The notes beneath the pieces were generated by a model. The model was given only the letters and a program-made list of their open reading frames with translations, ran no database searches and was not told where the DNA came from. From a virus, in IMG/VR virus record IMGVR_UViG_3300029477_000009: a stretch of 41,522 nt of DNA; one strand, given 5' to 3'. A program made the position numbers and the translations under genes. Shown here one piece after another: positions 40,164 through 41,522 of this stretch; positions within the stretch are counted from its first letter, which is position 1; each line of letters starts with the position of its first letter.

Positions 40164-40685
40164 ATGGCAACTGAAAAGATTAAACGTCCTCTGATTGCGC
40201 ACTTTCTGGATACCAGCGATAAAATGGGCGAATATAGCGCTGCAAAGTTTGCGCGAATCGGCAAGAACGTAACCGAAGCATCTACGGACTACGGTGCACA
40301 GACCGAGACCGAGCAGGACATTATTTCTGATTCTGCGACTACTGAGATTACCGGCTATCAGCCGACCATGAGCGTTTCTCAGCAGTGCACCAAAGGCGAT
40401 GACGTGTTTGAGTTTATCGACAAGAAGCGTCGCGCTCGTGCTACTCTGGCAGATTCTCACGCATGGCTGCTGAACGTGGACATGTGGAATGCTACCAGTG
40501 ACAGCGACACTGCAACCTACGTTGCAGAAGTGCAGGAAGTATCTGTACAGGTTGATACCTACGGCGGCGCAGGCGGCGAATCTCCGACGCTGGAATATAC
40601 GCTGAACTATGTAGGCGACCCGATTCCGGGCACTGTTAAGATCACCGGCGGCGCACCGGTATTCACTGCGAATGTATCCGTATAA
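40164..40685 (+). CDS. Major tail protein
   Basis: 173 aa and beta-rich, lying between the neck genes and the chaperone. Confidence 0.75.
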   Translation: MATEKIKRPLIAHFLDTSDKMGEYSAAKFARIGKNVTEASTDYGAQTETEQDIISDSATTEITGYQPTMSVSQQCTKGDDVFEFIDKKRRARATLADSHAWLLNVDMWNATSDSDTATYVAEVQEVSVQVDTYGGAGGESPTLEYTLNYVGDPIPGTVKITGGAPVFTANVSV

Positions 40686-40699
40686 GGAGGTAACGAGGA

Positions 40700-41092
40700 A
40701 TGGATAGTATCCGCGTAAACAGCGGCGTAAAGGTTATTGAAGTCAACGACAAGGGAGAGACGATCTCCCTTCCGCTGTCTGATGATAGCTTTGTCAAAGG
40801 CTTTTTCGACCTGCTGAATGAAATCAAAGACAAGGCAACGGCTATTTCTGAGAAGAAAGGCGACGTTCTGGACACTCTGGACGATATCGTAGCGTTTGAC
40901 AAAGACGTTAGGGACAAAATCGACGCGCTGATTGGCGAAAATACTTGCGCGAAGGTGTTTGGTACGGTTCTTCCGTCCTCCGACCAGTTCCTTGATTTCT
41001 TCGCACAGCTTACCCCCATCATTGACAGCCACGTTGAGAAGCGTGCAGCAAACATGAGCAAGTACAGCGCGGAGCGTGTCGGCAGTGTTTAA
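40700..41092 (+). CDS. Tail assembly chaperone
   Basis: 130 aa and acidic, lying between the major tail protein and the Gp15-like/tape measure genes. Confidence 0.65.
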   Translation: MDSIRVNSGVKVIEVNDKGETISLPLSDDSFVKGFFDLLNEIKDKATAISEKKGDVLDTLDDIVAFDKDVRDKIDALIGENTCAKVFGTVLPSSDQFLDFFAQLTPIIDSHVEKRAANMSKYSAERVGSV

Positions 41093-41093
41093 C

Positions 41094-41522
41094 ATGCTGC
41101 TCGACCGCCTGCCAAGCTCTTACAAGGGGTATCTGATTCGCACGGATTACAGAATCGGCATTCAGATTTCCCTTGCGCTGGACGACCCGAATTTAAGCGA
41201 TAATGACCGCGCATGGGTGGCATTATCCTTGCTTTACGGAGCAGGGATGCCACCCATTGACATTGCACTGGAAGGTTTACAGTGGTTTGTTCGCTGTGGC
41301 GACGATAGAGAGATTGAACCCGGCGGTAAACGCATGATGTGGTTCGATTTCGATTCTGCACGGTTGTACGCATCGTTCCGACAGACGTTCGGCATTGAGC
41401 TGCACAAGGTCAATCTGCACTGGTTTGAGTTTATGGCAATGATGGAAAGCCTTAACGAAGATTCGGCAATGTCTCATGCCCTGCAAATCAGAGGCACGGA
41501 CACAAGCAAAATGAAGGGAAAA
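41094..41522 (+). CDS. Gp15-family tail assembly protein, 5' portion (runs off the window end and continues at 100..204)
   Basis: The ATG lies 1 nt after the previous stop. MLLDRLPSSYKGYLIRTDYRIGIQISLALDDPNLSDNDR... 143 codons are open to the last base. It is absent from the ORF track because it has no stop within the window. Confidence 0.65.
   Translation, partial: MLLDRLPSSYKGYLIRTDYRIGIQISLALDDPNLSDNDRAWVALSLLYGAGMPPIDIALEGLQWFVRCGDDREIEPGGKRMMWFDFDSARLYASFRQTFGIELHKVNLHWFEFMAMMESLNEDSAMSHALQIRGTDTSKMKGK
41424..41522. repeat. Terminal direct repeat, exact copy of 1..99
   Basis: Same 99-nt string as the window start. Confidence 0.9.

Noticed and set aside
41040-41100. A programmed frameshift joining the tail chaperone (40700-41092) to the downstream Gp15-like ORF, as in gpG/gpGT.
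   Set aside because: The downstream frame is +1 rather than -1, it is open only from 41058, and no slippery heptamer is visible. The second ORF has its own ATG 1 nt after the stop. The idea remains unproven either way.

Overview
The window is a complete, circularly closed genome of a temperate siphovirus-type phage or prophage. Bases 1-99 recur exactly at 41424-41522, so the unique length is 41,423 bp. The host is probably a mid/high-GC Clostridia lineage, judged from GGAGG-type RBSs and the protein families present. Gene order is as follows. (1) Tail module: tape measure 220-3039, Dit-like protein, Gly-rich tip protein, receptor-binding fibre. (2) XkdX-like gene, holin and amidase lysis cassette, 7042-8536. 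(3) A + strand accessory (moron) operon of low-complexity and Cys-rich proteins with its own sigma-r4-like regulator and terminator, 8875-11925. (4) attP, a tRNA 3' fragment flanked by four AGGTGACACA arm repeats, plus a tyrosine integrase. (5) A PH-domain membrane protein, a CI/Cro switch and an antirepressor. (6) A second XRE repressor with three 16-bp operators. (7) An odd early region with T-depleted repeat tracts and phased 11-bp repeats, 17.5-18.7 kb. (8) Two solenoid-repeat proteins built from near-perfect 27-bp and 18-bp DNA repeats. (9) Recombination and replication genes: Rad52-like SSAP, NinB-like protein, HNH homing endonuclease, HNH nuclease, SSB, replisome organiser, RusA and a frameshifted DNA methyltransferase. 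(10) Many small ORFs and a sigma-like late activator, 30323-30736. (11) An unusual ORF-free, hairpin-dense tract of about 950 nt, 30737-31690. (12) Packaging, head, neck and tail genes, 32691-41522, wrapping round to 204. The ORF-free tract is my best candidate for something new; it may hold one or two structured ncRNAs. All family names are recognised by eye from motifs and gene order. No database search or folding program was run, and base-composition statements are eye estimates.
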